A stretch of 34,316 nucleotides of DNA. It comes from Devosia sp. Its GTDB lineage: Bacteria > Pseudomonadota > Alphaproteobacteria > Rhizobiales > Devosiaceae. Of the stretch, positions 18,122-28,874 are shown piece by piece. Position numbers and translations under genes: made by a program. The notes beneath the pieces were generated by a model. The model searched no databases, had not been told where the DNA came from, and saw only the letters and a program-made list of their open reading frames with translations. The DNA is taken from assembly GCA_046596525.1 (NCBI GenBank), contig JBKJMF010000364.1:1-34316 (forward strand), written 5' to 3'. The first letter of the stretch is position 1, and each line of letters starts with the position of its first letter.

Positions 18122-19537
18122 ATGGCTACCCCAGTCGTCACCCGCTTCGCCCCCTCGCCTACCGGCTACCTCCACATCGGCGGCGCTCGTACGGCCCTGT
18201 TCAACTGGGCCTTCTCGCGCCACACCGGCGGCAAGATGTTGCTGCGTATCGAGGATACCGACCGCGAACGGTCAACCGATGGCGCCGTGCAGGCGATCTT
18301 CGACGGGCTAAAGTGGCTGGGGCTGGATTGGGACGGCGAGCCGTTCATGCAGTTCGCGCGTGCGGCGCGCCACGCAGAAGTGGCCAACGAACTGCTGGCC
18401 CGCGGCCAGGCCTACTACTGCTACTGCTCGCAGGAAGAGCTCGCCGATATGCGCGAGACCGCGCGCGCCAATGGCCAGCCACCGCGCTACAACGGCATGT
18501 GGCGCGACCGTGACCCCGCCGAAGCACCTGCCGGCGTCGCGCCGGTCATCCGCATCAAGGCGCCGCTGTCAGGAGAAATCGTCGTGCACGACCATGTGCA
18601 GGGCGAGGTAGTGTTCAAGACCGAAAATCTCGACGATTTCATCATCCTGCGCTCCGACGGCACGCCCACCTACATGCTGGCTGTAGTCGTCGACGACCAC
18701 GACATGGGTGTCACCCATATCATCCGCGGCGATGACCACCTGACCAATGCGGCCCGCCAGATCATCATCTACAACGGCATGGGCTGGCATGTGCCGGAGA
18801 TGTCGCACATCCCGCTGATCCACGGTCCCGATGGGGCAAAGCTGTCGAAGCGCCACGGCGCGCTTGGCGTCGAGGCCTACCGGCAGATGGGCTATCTGCC
18901 AGAGGCACTGCGCAACTATCTCGCCCGGCTCGGCTGGAGCCACGGCGACGAAGAACTGTTCAGCACGCAGCAGATGGTCGAGTGGTTCAGTCTCAATGCT
19001 CTCAACAAGGGCGCGGCACGCTTCGATTTCGTCAAGCTCGAGAACATCAACGGCCATTACATTCGCGAGGCGGCGGCTCAGCGGCTGTACGACGTGATGC
19101 TGGAAACCGCCACCGAACTCAACCGCGTCTTCGATATGGACGGCCTTGCCACCAACAAGCAGACCGTGCTCGCGGCCCTGCCCGAGCTGCAGCCGCGTGC
19201 AAAGACGGTGCTCGAACTGATCGATCTTGCTCAGTTCATCTATGCCGTCCGTCCGCTGGTGATCGACCAGGCAGCAGCCGACCAGCTGACCGCCGATGCG
19301 CGGGCAAATGTCGGGGCGTTCGCCGAGGTCCTCAAAGGCCTCAACGACTGGTCGGTGGAAGCTATCGATGTCGCCGCGCGCGCCTTCGCCGAAGCCCGCG
19401 GGCTGAAGCTCGGCAAGGTGGCCCAGCCGCTGCGCGCAGCGCTCACCGGGCGCACCATTTCACCCGGTATTTTCGAGGTCATGGTGCTGATCGGCCGCGA
19501 CGAAACGCTGGCCAGATTGGGCGACCAGGCCGCCTGA
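18122..19537 (+). CDS. gltX: Glutamate--tRNA ligase
   Basis: [33 protein letters not shown]; start trimmed to the ATG at 18122. Confidence 0.97.
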   Translation: MATPVVTRFAPSPTGYLHIGGARTALFNWAFSRHTGGKMLLRIEDTDRERSTDGAVQAIFDGLKWLGLDWDGEPFMQFARAARHAEVANELLARGQAYYCYCSQEELADMRETARANGQPPRYNGMWRDRDPAEAPAGVAPVIRIKAPLSGEIVVHDHVQGEVVFKTENLDDFIILRSDGTPTYMLAVVVDDHDMGVTHIIRGDDHLTNAARQIIIYNGMGWHVPEMSHIPLIHGPDGAKLSKRHGALGVEAYRQMGYLPEALRNYLARLGWSHGDEELFSTQQMVEWFSLNALNKGAARFDFVKLENINGHYIREAAAQRLYDVMLETATELNRVFDMDGLATNKQTVLAALPELQPRAKTVLELIDLAQFIYAVRPLVIDQAAADQLTADARANVGAFAEVLKGLNDWSVEAIDVAARAFAEARGLKLGKVAQPLRAALTGRTISPGIFEVMVLIGRDETLARLGDQAA

Positions 19538-19696
19538 TGCATATTGGGAAAAGTGATTAGGTCAGCGCTGTTCACCCACCTGTTGCAGAGGTGGGGTATA
19601 TGGGCTACGCCAACCGAACCTGCCTCTTAACGACGATCCGGCCTGGCCCGCTCCCACCTTCCGCGGGCCCTTAGAAGGCCAATAAGGAGTGCGAAG

Positions 19697-20989
19697 ATGA
19701 GCGATACCGTCGCCAAACTCACCATCGGGGACCAGACTTTCGAGTTCCCGGTGCTCTCGGGCTCGGTTGGGCCGGATGTCATCGATATCCGCTCGCTCTA
19801 TGCGAAGACCGGCATGTTTACCTATGATCCGGGCTTCACCTCAACCGCCGCGACCGATAGCGCCATTACCTACATCGATGGTGACAAGGGCGAGTTGATG
19901 TATCGGGGCTATCCGATCGAGCAGCTGGCCGACAAGTCCAACTATCTGGAAGTCTGCTATCTGCTGCTCTACGGCGAGCTGCCGAACAAGCCGCAGATGC
20001 TCGATTTCACCGACCGGGTGACGCGGCACACCATGGTGCATGAGCAGATGCACTATTTCTACCGCGGCTTCCGCCGTGATGCCCACCCGATGGCCATCGT
20101 CTGCGGTGTGGTCGGCGCCATGGCCGCCTTCTACCACGACTCGACCGACATCAACGACGCCATGCAGCGCGAGATCGCTTCGGTCCGCATGATCGCCAAG
20201 ATCCCGACGATCGTCGCCATGGCCTACAAGTACTCGGTGGGCCAGCCCTTTGTGTACCCGCGCAACGACCTCGACTATGCGTCGAACTTCCTGCGTATGT
20301 GCTTCTCGGTTCCGGCCGAGGACTACGTGGTGAACCCGGTCGTCGCGCGTGCGATGGACCTTATCTTCACCCTTCACGCCGACCACGAGCAGAACGCTTC
20401 GACCTCGACCGTGCGTCTCGCCGGCTCATCCGACGCCAACCCGTTCGCCTGTATCGCGGCGGGCGTTGCCTGCCTTTGGGGCCCCGCCCACGGCGGCGCC
20501 AACGAGGCGGCGCTCAACATGCTGAAGGAGATCGGCACCGTCGACCGCATCCCCGAGTTCATCGCCAAGGCCAAGGACAAGAACTCCGGCTTCCGCCTGA
20601 TGGGCTTTGGCCACCGCGTCTACAAGAACTACGATCCGCGCGCCAAGGTTATGCAGCAGGCTGCAAACGAGGTGCTGGCCCAGCTCGGCGCCGACAACCT
20701 GTCGCCGACCCTGCAGGTGGCCAAGGAACTGGAGAAGATCGCGCTCTCCGACCAGTATTTCATTGATCGGAAGCTCTACCCCAACGTCGATTTCTACTCG
20801 GGTATCATCCTCGACGCGATCGGCTTCCCGACCTCGATGTTCACCGCCATCTTCGCGCTCAGCCGCACGGTCGGCTGGATCGCGCAGTGGAAGGAAATGA
20901 TCGCCGACCCGCAGAAGAAGATCGGCCGTCCGCGCCAGCTCTACAACGGCGCGCCGGTGCGCGACTACGAGCCGATCAGCAGCCGCTGA
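19697..20989 (+). CDS. gltA: Citrate synthase (type II)
   Basis: AAGGAG RBS; [44 protein letters not shown]. Confidence 0.98.
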   Translation: MSDTVAKLTIGDQTFEFPVLSGSVGPDVIDIRSLYAKTGMFTYDPGFTSTAATDSAITYIDGDKGELMYRGYPIEQLADKSNYLEVCYLLLYGELPNKPQMLDFTDRVTRHTMVHEQMHYFYRGFRRDAHPMAIVCGVVGAMAAFYHDSTDINDAMQREIASVRMIAKIPTIVAMAYKYSVGQPFVYPRNDLDYASNFLRMCFSVPAEDYVVNPVVARAMDLIFTLHADHEQNASTSTVRLAGSSDANPFACIAAGVACLWGPAHGGANEAALNMLKEIGTVDRIPEFIAKAKDKNSGFRLMGFGHRVYKNYDPRAKVMQQAANEVLAQLGADNLSPTLQVAKELEKIALSDQYFIDRKLYPNVDFYSGIILDAIGFPTSMFTAIFALSRTVGWIAQWKEMIADPQKKIGRPRQLYNGAPVRDYEPISSR

Positions 20990-22110
20990 TTGGCATGAGC
21001 CAATACCCGCTCGGCGGGATCGACAAGGGGCGCCTCGGGCGCCCCTTTTTGCATCAGGGCACGCAGATCGTGGAACGCAGCAACCTGCACAGCAACGGCG
21101 GCGGGATCATCGAGCAGCGCAGCCAGCGGCGCCAATGAGCGCTCGGCCTTGGGGTCGATGAACTGCAGCTCTGGAACGACCACGCGACCGAGGACTATGT
21201 TGGGCAGCGCGATCTGCACTGGGCGGCCGATCTGGGCGGCGCGCTTCGCCTGCTGCTGATCGGCGACATAGGTGACGACCATCGGCACGCCGGCCATCGC
21301 CAGCTCGAAGGTAATGGTGCCGCTGACCGCGAACGCAGCATAAGCGGACGCAAAGGCCGCCTGCCGGTCGTCTCCGGTGACAACCTCGACCGGAACCGGC
21401 CAACCCGCCACCTCGGCTCGCAGACGATCCGTGAGCGAGGACAAGGTCGGGATGACGAACCCACTCACACGCGGGTGCGACCTCAGCAGCGTCGCCGCCT
21501 CACGCATCAACGACAGGTGCCGGCGCAGTTCGCCCGACCTGCTGCCCGGCAGCAGGAGCATCGGGCCACGCTCCGGTTGCTCTGCTCGCATTGGGAAGCG
21601 CGCCAGCGCCGGATGGCCGACATAGCTGGTCGTCGGACCGCCAAGCTCGGACATCACCTTGGGCTCGAACGGCAGCACCGCTAGAACTTCGTCGAACAGC
21701 GGCTTCAACTCCGCTGCGCGCTCCGGCCGCCATGCCCAGACACTCGGGGTAACGTAGAGCAGCATCGGAACATTCAATCCCGCGCGGCGAACCCGGCTCG
21801 CGACGGCTTTGACGAACACCTGCGAGTCGATGAGAACGACCACATCCGGCCGTTGCTTCAGGATGGCGTTGGCCGTCTGACGGATACGCCACAGCAGCAA
21901 GGGCAGGCGCCGCAGCACATCGCTCCAACCCATGACGGAGAGGTTCTCCATTGGGAACAGGCTCGCCAGCCCCTCCGCCTCGAGCTCCGGACCGCCGACT
22001 CCGCCGAGAGTGACGTTCGTGCGTCGCCTGAGCCGCTGCACCAGATCGACGCCGATGCGATCGCCCGAGGCTTCCCCTGCCAGAATGAACAGGCGAAGCG
22101 GCTCAGCCAT
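20965..22110 (-). CDS. lpxB: Lipid-A-disaccharide synthase
   Basis: [45 protein letters not shown]. Confidence 0.93.
   Translation of the reverse strand: MAEPLRLFILAGEASGDRIGVDLVQRLRRRTNVTLGGVGGPELEAEGLASLFPMENLSVMGWSDVLRRLPLLLWRIRQTANAILKQRPDVVVLIDSQVFVKAVASRVRRAGLNVPMLLYVTPSVWAWRPERAAELKPLFDEVLAVLPFEPKVMSELGGPTTSYVGHPALARFPMRAEQPERGPMLLLPGSRSGELRRHLSLMREAATLLRSHPRVSGFVIPTLSSLTDRLRAEVAGWPVPVEVVTGDDRQAAFASAYAAFAVSGTITFELAMAGVPMVVTYVADQQQAKRAAQIGRPVQIALPNIVLGRVVVPELQFIDPKAERSLAPLAALLDDPAAVAVQVAAFHDLRALMQKGAPEAPLVDPAERVLAHANQRLLIGS
21025..21050 (+). terminator. Rho-independent terminator of gltA, lying inside the lpxB CDS
   Basis: AAGGGGCGCC-tcg-GGCGCCCC followed by TTTTT, 35 bp after the gltA stop. 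Confidence 0.75.
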
Positions 22111-22924
22111 CGATGCTGAGGCCAACCACCGCGATGCCGTGGCTGTCCGCTGCCACGATCAAGGCGGGACGGTCGAGGATGAGGGACTTCCCGGCCTCGA
22201 CAGCGATCATCGTGATCCCCGCACGTGCGGCGCCTGCGATGGTGTCCGGACCGATCGCCGGGAGGTCGACATAGAGTGGCTGCTGCGGCTTGACTGCCTT
22301 GGCAAGAACCAGCGGCCCGCTGCCGTCGCCAATGCGCCCCGCGGCACGATGCGCGGCCACCCGCACGAGCAACTCGTCGGTGCCGCCGACATCCTCGGCC
22401 GCAATGACGCGCCTACCGGCAACCACCACGGCCTGCCCGAGATCGAGGCGGCCGATCTCGCGGGCGGCTGACAGCCCCTGTCGGGCCGCTGCCAGTTCGG
22501 CATCGGTGGGGCTGCGGCCCGCTACCTGACCGGTCCCGGCGAGGAGGTCGGCGGTGATCTCGTGCACCCCGATCACCTTGGCACCCGAGAACTTCTCGAT
22601 GGCGGCGGTGACGCTCGAAAGCGCCGCGTCGCCTTGTGCAGCGCCGGGAGCGCCGGTCGCAAACCCGGCAATCGTCTCTCGATCTCGGTCGGAAATCGTC
22701 AGCCCGCCGGCGAGAACCACATGCGTAGCCCCGAAGCCAACGATCGCCGATATGGCCCCGGTGGGGTTCGCTAGGTCGCCAGCGACCAGCAGCACACCGG
22801 AGCGAACGGGCTGAGGCGCGAAACCAACAACCTGCACCGCGTCGCCGGCGGCCAGCGCCGCGTCCACTACATGGGAGACGAGTGCTCCCGACCCGGCAAG
22901 GACGGCAAGCCGGCGCCCCATCAT
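22103..22924 (-). CDS. lpxI: UDP-2,3-diacylglucosamine diphosphatase LpxI (DUF1009)
   Basis: LAVLAGSGAL, DLGQAVV, E..GGTD, KPQQ...DLPAIGPDT; located between lpxA and lpxB. Confidence 0.88.
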   Translation of the reverse strand: MMGRRLAVLAGSGALVSHVVDAALAAGDAVQVVGFAPQPVRSGVLLVAGDLANPTGAISAIVGFGATHVVLAGGLTISDRDRETIAGFATGAPGAAQGDAALSSVTAAIEKFSGAKVIGVHEITADLLAGTGQVAGRSPTDAELAAARQGLSAAREIGRLDLGQAVVVAGRRVIAAEDVGGTDELLVRVAAHRAAGRIGDGSGPLVLAKAVKPQQPLYVDLPAIGPDTIAGAARAGITMIAVEAGKSLILDRPALIVAADSHGIAVVGLSIDG

Positions 22925-23718
22925 TCCTCGACCGGAACGTTGCCCGGCTGCGTCAGCGGCCGCTCGGCCGCAGCGATGAACTTGACCACGTCCTGCACCA
23001 GTTGCTCATCGGGGAACATGGCCGAGGCGTCGTCGACGCGCTCACGCAGCGTGCCCTCGCTGGCAAAGATCATGCGGTAGGCGGTTCGCAACCGGTGGAT
23101 CGCCTCACGGTCGAAGCCACGGCGCTTGAGGCCGACAATGTTGACGCCCGACAGCACTGCCGGGTTACCCAGCACGGTGCCGTAGGGAATCACGTCCTTC
23201 TCAACCTTGGTCATGCCACCGATGAAGGCGTGTGCGCCGATGTGGATGAATTGTGCGGAGCCGGAATGACCGCTCATGATCACGTAGTCGTCGATCGCGC
23301 AGTGCCCGGCGATGCCGGTATTGTTCGACAGCACGATGTGATTGCCCAGGATGCAATCGTGGCCGATATGCACCCCGATCATCAGCAGGCAATGATCGCC
23401 GATCACCGTCTTCATGCCGCCACCGGCCGTGCCCGGGTTGATGGTGACATGCTCGCGGATGACGCAATCCGTTCCGATCGTCAGCGTCGACGGCTCGCCG
23501 ACATACTTCAGGTCCTGCGGACGGTGCCCGACCGAGGCAAACGGGAAGACCACGCTGCGTGCGCCGATGCTGGTACGCCCGGTAACCACCACATGCGAGA
23601 TCAGCTCGACACCCTCGTCGAGCGTCACATCGCTGCCGACCACACAGAATGGCCCGATCTTGACGCCGGCACCGAGCTTGGCGCCAGGCTCGACGATCGC
23701 CGAAGGGTGGACGCTCAT
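22921..23718 (-). CDS. lpxA: UDP-N-acetylglucosamine O-acyltransferase
   Basis: HPSAIV hexapeptide repeats, [32 protein letters not shown]; ATGA overlap with fabZ. Confidence 0.96.
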   Translation of the reverse strand: MSVHPSAIVEPGAKLGAGVKIGPFCVVGSDVTLDEGVELISHVVVTGRTSIGARSVVFPFASVGHRPQDLKYVGEPSTLTIGTDCVIREHVTINPGTAGGGMKTVIGDHCLLMIGVHIGHDCILGNHIVLSNNTGIAGHCAIDDYVIMSGHSGSAQFIHIGAHAFIGGMTKVEKDVIPYGTVLGNPAVLSGVNIVGLKRRGFDREAIHRLRTAYRMIFASEGTLRERVDDASAMFPDEQLVQDVVKFIAAAERPLTQPGNVPVEE

Positions 23719-24203
23719 CGCTCGCTGGGGCTCACCATGGCGCCGACTTCGGCCTCGGCGATGACGACGCCATCGACGATCGCCTTGGCCTCGAACCAGC
23801 CCATGGTCATGCGCCGGCGCAGCTTCTTGATGTGATATTCGATCCGGTCGCCGGGGTGTGCAGGCTTCCTGAATTTGCACTTGTCGATGGTGAGCAGGTA
23901 TACGATGTGCTTCTGGCCGCCAGCGGCACCAGCGGCGATCGCCATGGCGCCCGCAGTCTGCGCCATACCCTCGATGATCAGCACGCCCGGAAACACCGGC
24001 TCGCCGGGGAAGTGACCCTGGAAGATGGGTTCGTTGAACGTCACGTTCTTGATGCCGATGCCCGAATTGTCGCCATCCACCTCGATGATCCGGTCGATCA
24101 GCAGGAACGGGTAGCGATGTGGAAGAACCTCAAGGATTCGGCCGATATCCATCGACGAGAGCTCTTTCGTCTCGCGCGGTGGCGCCTCGTTCGTAACCGT
24201 CAC
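23715..24203 (-). CDS. fabZ: 3-hydroxyacyl-ACP dehydratase
   Basis: [39 protein letters not shown]; GTG start overlapping the lpxD stop. Confidence 0.95.
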   Translation of the reverse strand: MTVTNEAPPRETKELSSMDIGRILEVLPHRYPFLLIDRIIEVDGDNSGIGIKNVTFNEPIFQGHFPGEPVFPGVLIIEGMAQTAGAMAIAAGAAGGQKHIVYLLTIDKCKFRKPAHPGDRIEYHIKKLRRRMTMGWFEAKAIVDGVVIAEAEVGAMVSPSER

Positions 24204-25228
24204 TCTTGTCCCCTTTTGTTCAGTCGCCGCAACATGGCCACCTCGCGCTGCCAGACCTTCAAGTCCTGCGCTGGATAGCCCCCGACCCGCGCCCCCGCCG
24301 GCACGTCCTTGGTTACGAGACACCGGGCCGACAATATGCTGCCATTGCCGATCCGCAAGTGTCCCACGGTGCCGGCGCCGCCGCCGACAAGCACGTTATC
24401 GCCGATGATCGTGCCGCCGCCGATACCGCAGGTGCCGGCGATGAGGCAATAGCGACCGATGCGGGAGTTGTGGCCAATCTGCACCAGATTGTCGATCTTG
24501 GTGCCTTCGCCGATCACGGTGTCACCGAGAGCGCCGCGATCCACCGTCGAATTGGCGCCGATCTCGACGCCATCCTGCACGATCACCCGGCCGAGCTGCG
24601 GGATCTTCCGGTTGGAACGCCCCTGCCCCAGCCAGCCGAATCCCTCCGTGCCGATCCGCACCCCGGCCTGCAACACCACGTTGTTGCCGAGGTAAGCGCA
24701 CTCGATCGAGACGTTCGAGCCGATCACCGCGTTGCGGCCGATTGTGACTCCGCGTCCGATGACGGTGTTGGGTCCGATGATAGTGTTGCGGCCGACCTCG
24801 ACGCCGGGGCCGAGCACCACGTTGGCGCCGATGCGCACGCCCTCCTCGATGAAGGGAGCGGGCCCACCGGCCTCGAACAAACCGTTAGCTGTGCCGCGCG
24901 TGCCGAGCGGATAGAGCCGCTCCAGCAAGTCGACGAACAGCTCATGCGGCCGCTCGTCGACAATAGCGACGGCACCCGGCGGGACATCGGAAATGAATTT
25001 GGGATGGACGATCACCGCGCCGGCGCCGGTTTCGGTGAGGGCCGCGCGATATTCGGCCTGTGCCGCCAGCGCCAGGTGGCCCGGACCCGCCAGCGGCAGC
25101 TCTTCGGCGCCGCTGATTACCAGCGCGGCAGCGCGATCCTCATCGACGTGGACCGATCGCCCCAGCGTCGATAGCACGACGCCGAGCGAGATCGGTCCCG
25201 ATGAGGAATGGAAGCGCGTATCGACCAT
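24200..25228 (-). CDS. lpxD: UDP-3-O-acylglucosamine N-acyltransferase
   Basis: Hexapeptide repeats, [32 protein letters not shown]; alternative ATG at 25237. Confidence 0.95.
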   Translation of the reverse strand: MVDTRFHSSSGPISLGVVLSTLGRSVHVDEDRAAALVISGAEELPLAGPGHLALAAQAEYRAALTETGAGAVIVHPKFISDVPPGAVAIVDERPHELFVDLLERLYPLGTRGTANGLFEAGGPAPFIEEGVRIGANVVLGPGVEVGRNTIIGPNTVIGRGVTIGRNAVIGSNVSIECAYLGNNVVLQAGVRIGTEGFGWLGQGRSNRKIPQLGRVIVQDGVEIGANSTVDRGALGDTVIGEGTKIDNLVQIGHNSRIGRYCLIAGTCGIGGGTIIGDNVLVGGGAGTVGHLRIGNGSILSARCLVTKDVPAGARVGGYPAQDLKVWQREVAMLRRLNKRGQE

Positions 25229-25240
25229 GGCTGTCATTAC

Positions 25241-25314
25241 ACAACAAAGAGGCCGCGGGGCAACCGCGCCGCGGCCTCGATAACCAGAAGGAAGGCCGAC
25301 GCAGAGCGCCGGCC
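25241..25314 (-). terminator. Two tandem hairpins with U-rich tails between bamA and lpxD
   Basis: Minus strand: GGCCGGCGC-tct-GCGTCGGCC-TTCCTTCT (25294-25314) and GAGGCCGCGG-N10-CCGCGGCCTC-TTTGTTGT (25249-25278). Confidence 0.6.
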
Positions 25315-25320
25315 AACCGA

Positions 25321-27489
25321 TTAGAGCAGCTGCTGCAGCGTCAGCGAGAAGACCTGGGTCTTGTCGTCCGTCGCCTTGTTCAGCACGTAAGCGAAATCGC
25401 CACGCAGCGGACCGAACGGGCTGTCCCAGATAATCGACGCACCCACCGACGACTTGAAGTTCTCGTCGATGCTGCCGGCCTTGATCGCACCCATGAGGGG
25501 CACACCGCCATTGCCATCGATGAGCGCCGCGTCAGCCCACACCGCGCCGCGAACGCCGTACGTCTCGGGCAGCACCGGGATCGGGAACTCGATCTCTGCC
25601 GATGCAGCCACGTAGCCCGTATAGCCGAGTAGCTCGCCCGAGCTGTTTAGCTTGGGACCCATGCCGCCGCTCTGGAACCCGCGAACCAGCGAACCAGCGC
25701 TGCGGAATGCCTCAAGCGGATGGACCAAACCGCCATCCAGTGCCGTGATGTACCCGGCCTGACCCTTTACGCTACCGATGACGTTCCAGTCGGACATCAG
25801 CGGCATGAAGTAGCGCGCCTTGGCCTCGGTCTTCAGCAGGTTGTAGTCCCAGCCGATATACTGCTGCGTGAAGGTCGCGTAGATACCCTCGCTCGGGTGC
25901 TTGGTATCGTCCAGCGTGTTGTAGACCAGCGAGTAGCCGACCCACGCCTTATCGAAGGTCTCACCGTCGCTAACGATGTCTGACGTCGTATGCAGAATCT
26001 CAGGCGTCGCGTCGTTGTCGTCGTGGTCCCAGAACAGATTGTCCGCGACCGTCTTCTGCTCAAGACCGACAAACACGCTCCCGCTCAAATCCGTAGTGAT
26101 CGGTGCACCGAAGCGAATCTGGCCACCCGTCGCGGTCGTGCCGTAAATGTTGCTCGTCGTCTCACCGACGATGCGGTGATAGACGTCGAAGCCGGCGGAC
26201 ATACGCAGGCCCATGAAGCGGGGCTCGGTGAACGAGAAGTCGAAGCTCTGGCCCGATTCCGAGGCGCTCACCGCGGCACGGACGTACTGGCCGCGACCGA
26301 GGAAGTTCCGTTCGGTAACCGACACTTCGCCAAGCAGGCCGGCGCTCGAGTCGAAGCCCGCGGTCAGACCGTAGTCGCCGGTCGACTGCTCTTCGACGGT
26401 GATGTTGATCACCACCTTGTCGGGCGCGCTGCCCGGCTGCAGGTCGAGATTGACCACCTTGAAGAAACCGAGGCCCTCGATGCGGGTCTTGCCGCGCTGC
26501 ACCATCGAGCGGTTGAAGGGGTCGCCTTCACCGAAATCCAGCTCGCGGCGGATAACCGCGTCACGGGTCTTGGTGTTGCCGCTGATGTTGATGCGCTCGA
26601 CATAGATGCGCGCGCCTTCGTCCACCAGGTAAGTGACGTTGAAGGTGCTGTTGGCCACGTCGCGGTCGACGCGCGGGCGAACGTCGGCGAAGGCATAGCC
26701 CTGCGCGGTGGCCTCGAAGGCCAGATCTTCCTGCGACTTCTGCAGGTCGGCCAGCGAGTAGGTGCCGCCCTTGCCGGTGCGGATCGCGCCGGTCATCGCG
26801 TCGGGATTGAGGCCCGGGATCGAAGTCTCGACGCCGATCTCGCCGAAACGATAGCGCTCACCTTCGGAAATAGTGAAGTTCACGAAATACGCGTTACGCG
26901 ACGCATCGTACTCGCCGACGGCCGACGTCACCTGCGCATCCGGGTAACCGTGGTTCATGTAGTAAAGTTCAATCAAGCCGCGATCGATCGCCAGCAGGTC
27001 TTCGCTGTAGGAGTCGTCACGGAACAGCCAGCTCAGCAGGCTCGTCTCGTGCGTCCGGATGATCGACTTGAGCGTGCCCGCGCCGATTGAATTGTTGCCG
27101 GTGAAGTTGATCGCGGCGATGCCGGTGCGCTCCCCTTCGTTGACCACGAAGGTGATGCGCGAGCGACCGCTCTCGGTCTGCTCGATACGCGGCGTTACCG
27201 TGACGCCGATGTAACCCTTGCCGACATAGGCGAGACGAATGGACTCGGCGTCGGCGGCTACGCCCGCCTCAGTGAAGCTCCCCTGCTCGGCGACGTTGAC
27301 CATCGCCAGCAGCTGAGAGTCGGAGAAGCCGCTATTGCCTTCGAACAGCACCGCCGAAATGAGGCGTTGCTGCTGAGCCTGGGCCGCATCGACCCCGATG
27401 AATGTACCGCTGATGCCGGCAAGCGGCGCCGCCACAACGAGGGCGAGCGCCAGATATATTCCGCGCATCAGCTTTTTCGGGTTCGTCAT
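25321..27489 (-). CDS. bamA: Outer membrane protein assembly factor BamA
   Basis: Signal peptide, POTRA repeats, GNTKTRD.VIRRE, barrel start EQSTG, ERNFLGRGQ, VRGF motif, SPFGPLR; canonical position between rseP and lpxD. Start trimmed to the ATG at 27489. Confidence 0.95.
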   Translation of the reverse strand: MTNPKKLMRGIYLALALVVAAPLAGISGTFIGVDAAQAQQQRLISAVLFEGNSGFSDSQLLAMVNVAEQGSFTEAGVAADAESIRLAYVGKGYIGVTVTPRIEQTESGRSRITFVVNEGERTGIAAINFTGNNSIGAGTLKSIIRTHETSLLSWLFRDDSYSEDLLAIDRGLIELYYMNHGYPDAQVTSAVGEYDASRNAYFVNFTISEGERYRFGEIGVETSIPGLNPDAMTGAIRTGKGGTYSLADLQKSQEDLAFEATAQGYAFADVRPRVDRDVANSTFNVTYLVDEGARIYVERINISGNTKTRDAVIRRELDFGEGDPFNRSMVQRGKTRIEGLGFFKVVNLDLQPGSAPDKVVINITVEEQSTGDYGLTAGFDSSAGLLGEVSVTERNFLGRGQYVRAAVSASESGQSFDFSFTEPRFMGLRMSAGFDVYHRIVGETTSNIYGTTATGGQIRFGAPITTDLSGSVFVGLEQKTVADNLFWDHDDNDATPEILHTTSDIVSDGETFDKAWVGYSLVYNTLDDTKHPSEGIYATFTQQYIGWDYNLLKTEAKARYFMPLMSDWNVIGSVKGQAGYITALDGGLVHPLEAFRSAGSLVRGFQSGGMGPKLNSSGELLGYTGYVAASAEIEFPIPVLPETYGVRGAVWADAALIDGNGGVPLMGAIKAGSIDENFKSSVGASIIWDSPFGPLRGDFAYVLNKATDDKTQVFSLTLQQLL

Positions 27490-27659
27490 GATTCTTGTTG
27501 CCTCGTGCGACCTACGCCGGGAATCGCCATGCACAGCGTTCCCAGCTAACTCCATCAAAAGCTTTTACTGGATTTTTAACCACGGACAAGCCGCGACCGC
27601 CTTCGAGGTTAGCGAAAGATTGGTCCCCGTGCATTCCTGCAACACCTAGAAAACTAAGC

Positions 27660-27675
27660 TTATCCAAGGGTTAAC
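27660..27675. promoter_or_regulatory. CtrA-box-like motif TTAT-N7-TTAAC upstream of bamA
   Basis: One mismatch to TTAA-N7-TTAAC, plus a TTAACCAC half-site-like motif at 27576-27583, in an AT-rich intergenic region. Confidence 0.45.
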
Positions 27676-27764
27676 AGGCATCTAGGCGCATTCGAGCAAA
27701 TGCGTCGGAGGGGCGGCGATGATGTGGCGGACGCCAGCCCGTCGCGCCCTCAACCCGGATTCGT

Positions 27765-28874
27765 TCAGAACAGGTCGTTAATCAGCGTGAACACCATCAG
27801 GGTGAACACGATCGCCAGCCCGAAGCGGTAGCCGATCTCCTGCACCTTCTGGCTCAACGGTCGCCCTCGGACGGCCTCGACGAGATAGTAGGCGAGATGC
27901 CCGCCGTCGAGCATGGGAATCGGCAACAGGTTGAAAATGCCGATGTTTAGCGACAGCAGCGCCATCAGATTGATCAGCGCCACGATGCCCAGCGTCGCGA
28001 CCTGCTGAGAAACCGTCGCCACCTTCACCGGGCCGCCAAGCTGCTCTACATCGCCTCGCCCGACGAAGAAATCACCGAGAAAAGCCACCGTGCGGTCGAC
28101 GATGAAGCGGACCTCCTCGAAGGTCATGCCGATAGCCTCGACCGGATTGGGCCGGTAGAGCACGACATCGGCCTGATCGATGTTCTTCGTCACGCCGAGC
28201 CGGCCGACGCGATGGGCGTTGCCGAAGCGGTCAGTGGCCGACACGGCCTGCGGCACAGCGGTGATGGTTTCGGTGCGGCCGCCGCGTTCGAAGGTGATGC
28301 TCACCTGCCGTTCCGGCGCCGTGGCGATCAGGCGCTGGAAGTCCTCGAAGCCACGAACCTCGTAGCCATCCACCGACAGGATGCGGTCGCCATCGGCGAG
28401 ACCCGCCTGCCCTGCGACCGACTCCACCGGAACCGTATCGAGCACGGCGGGAACGGTGTAGCGGCCGTAGCCGAGCAGCAGCGCATAGAGCACCAGCAGG
28501 GTGAAGATGATGTTGGCCACCGGGCCGGCGACGACCACCGAGATGCGTTGCCAGACGTTCTTGTTGACGAACAACTGGCGGCTGAGTTCGGGGCCGGCGC
28601 GCTCGATGAACGCCTCGTCCGGCATGCTCGAGGCGTTCATGTCGCCGACGAAACGGACATAACCGCCGAGCGGAATAGCAGAGAGTTTCCAGCGCGTGCC
28701 GCGCTTGTCGTTGAAGCCGATGAGTTCCGGGCCGAAGCCGATCGAGAAGGCCTGGATGGCGATGCCGTTCCAGCGGGCGACGAGGTAGTGCCCCATCTCA
28801 TGCACGAACACGATGATCGTGAGCACCGCCAGAAACGGCACCACGTAGGAGAGCAGCCAGAAAACAAAGTCCAT
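27765..28874 (-). CDS. rseP: RIP metalloprotease RseP
   Basis: HEMGH, FSIGFGP, IPLGGYV, AGP, single PDZ, NLLPIPMLDGG. Confidence 0.95.
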   Translation of the reverse strand: MDFVFWLLSYVVPFLAVLTIIVFVHEMGHYLVARWNGIAIQAFSIGFGPELIGFNDKRGTRWKLSAIPLGGYVRFVGDMNASSMPDEAFIERAGPELSRQLFVNKNVWQRISVVVAGPVANIIFTLLVLYALLLGYGRYTVPAVLDTVPVESVAGQAGLADGDRILSVDGYEVRGFEDFQRLIATAPERQVSITFERGGRTETITAVPQAVSATDRFGNAHRVGRLGVTKNIDQADVVLYRPNPVEAIGMTFEEVRFIVDRTVAFLGDFFVGRGDVEQLGGPVKVATVSQQVATLGIVALINLMALLSLNIGIFNLLPIPMLDGGHLAYYLVEAVRGRPLSQKVQEIGYRFGLAIVFTLMVFTLINDLF

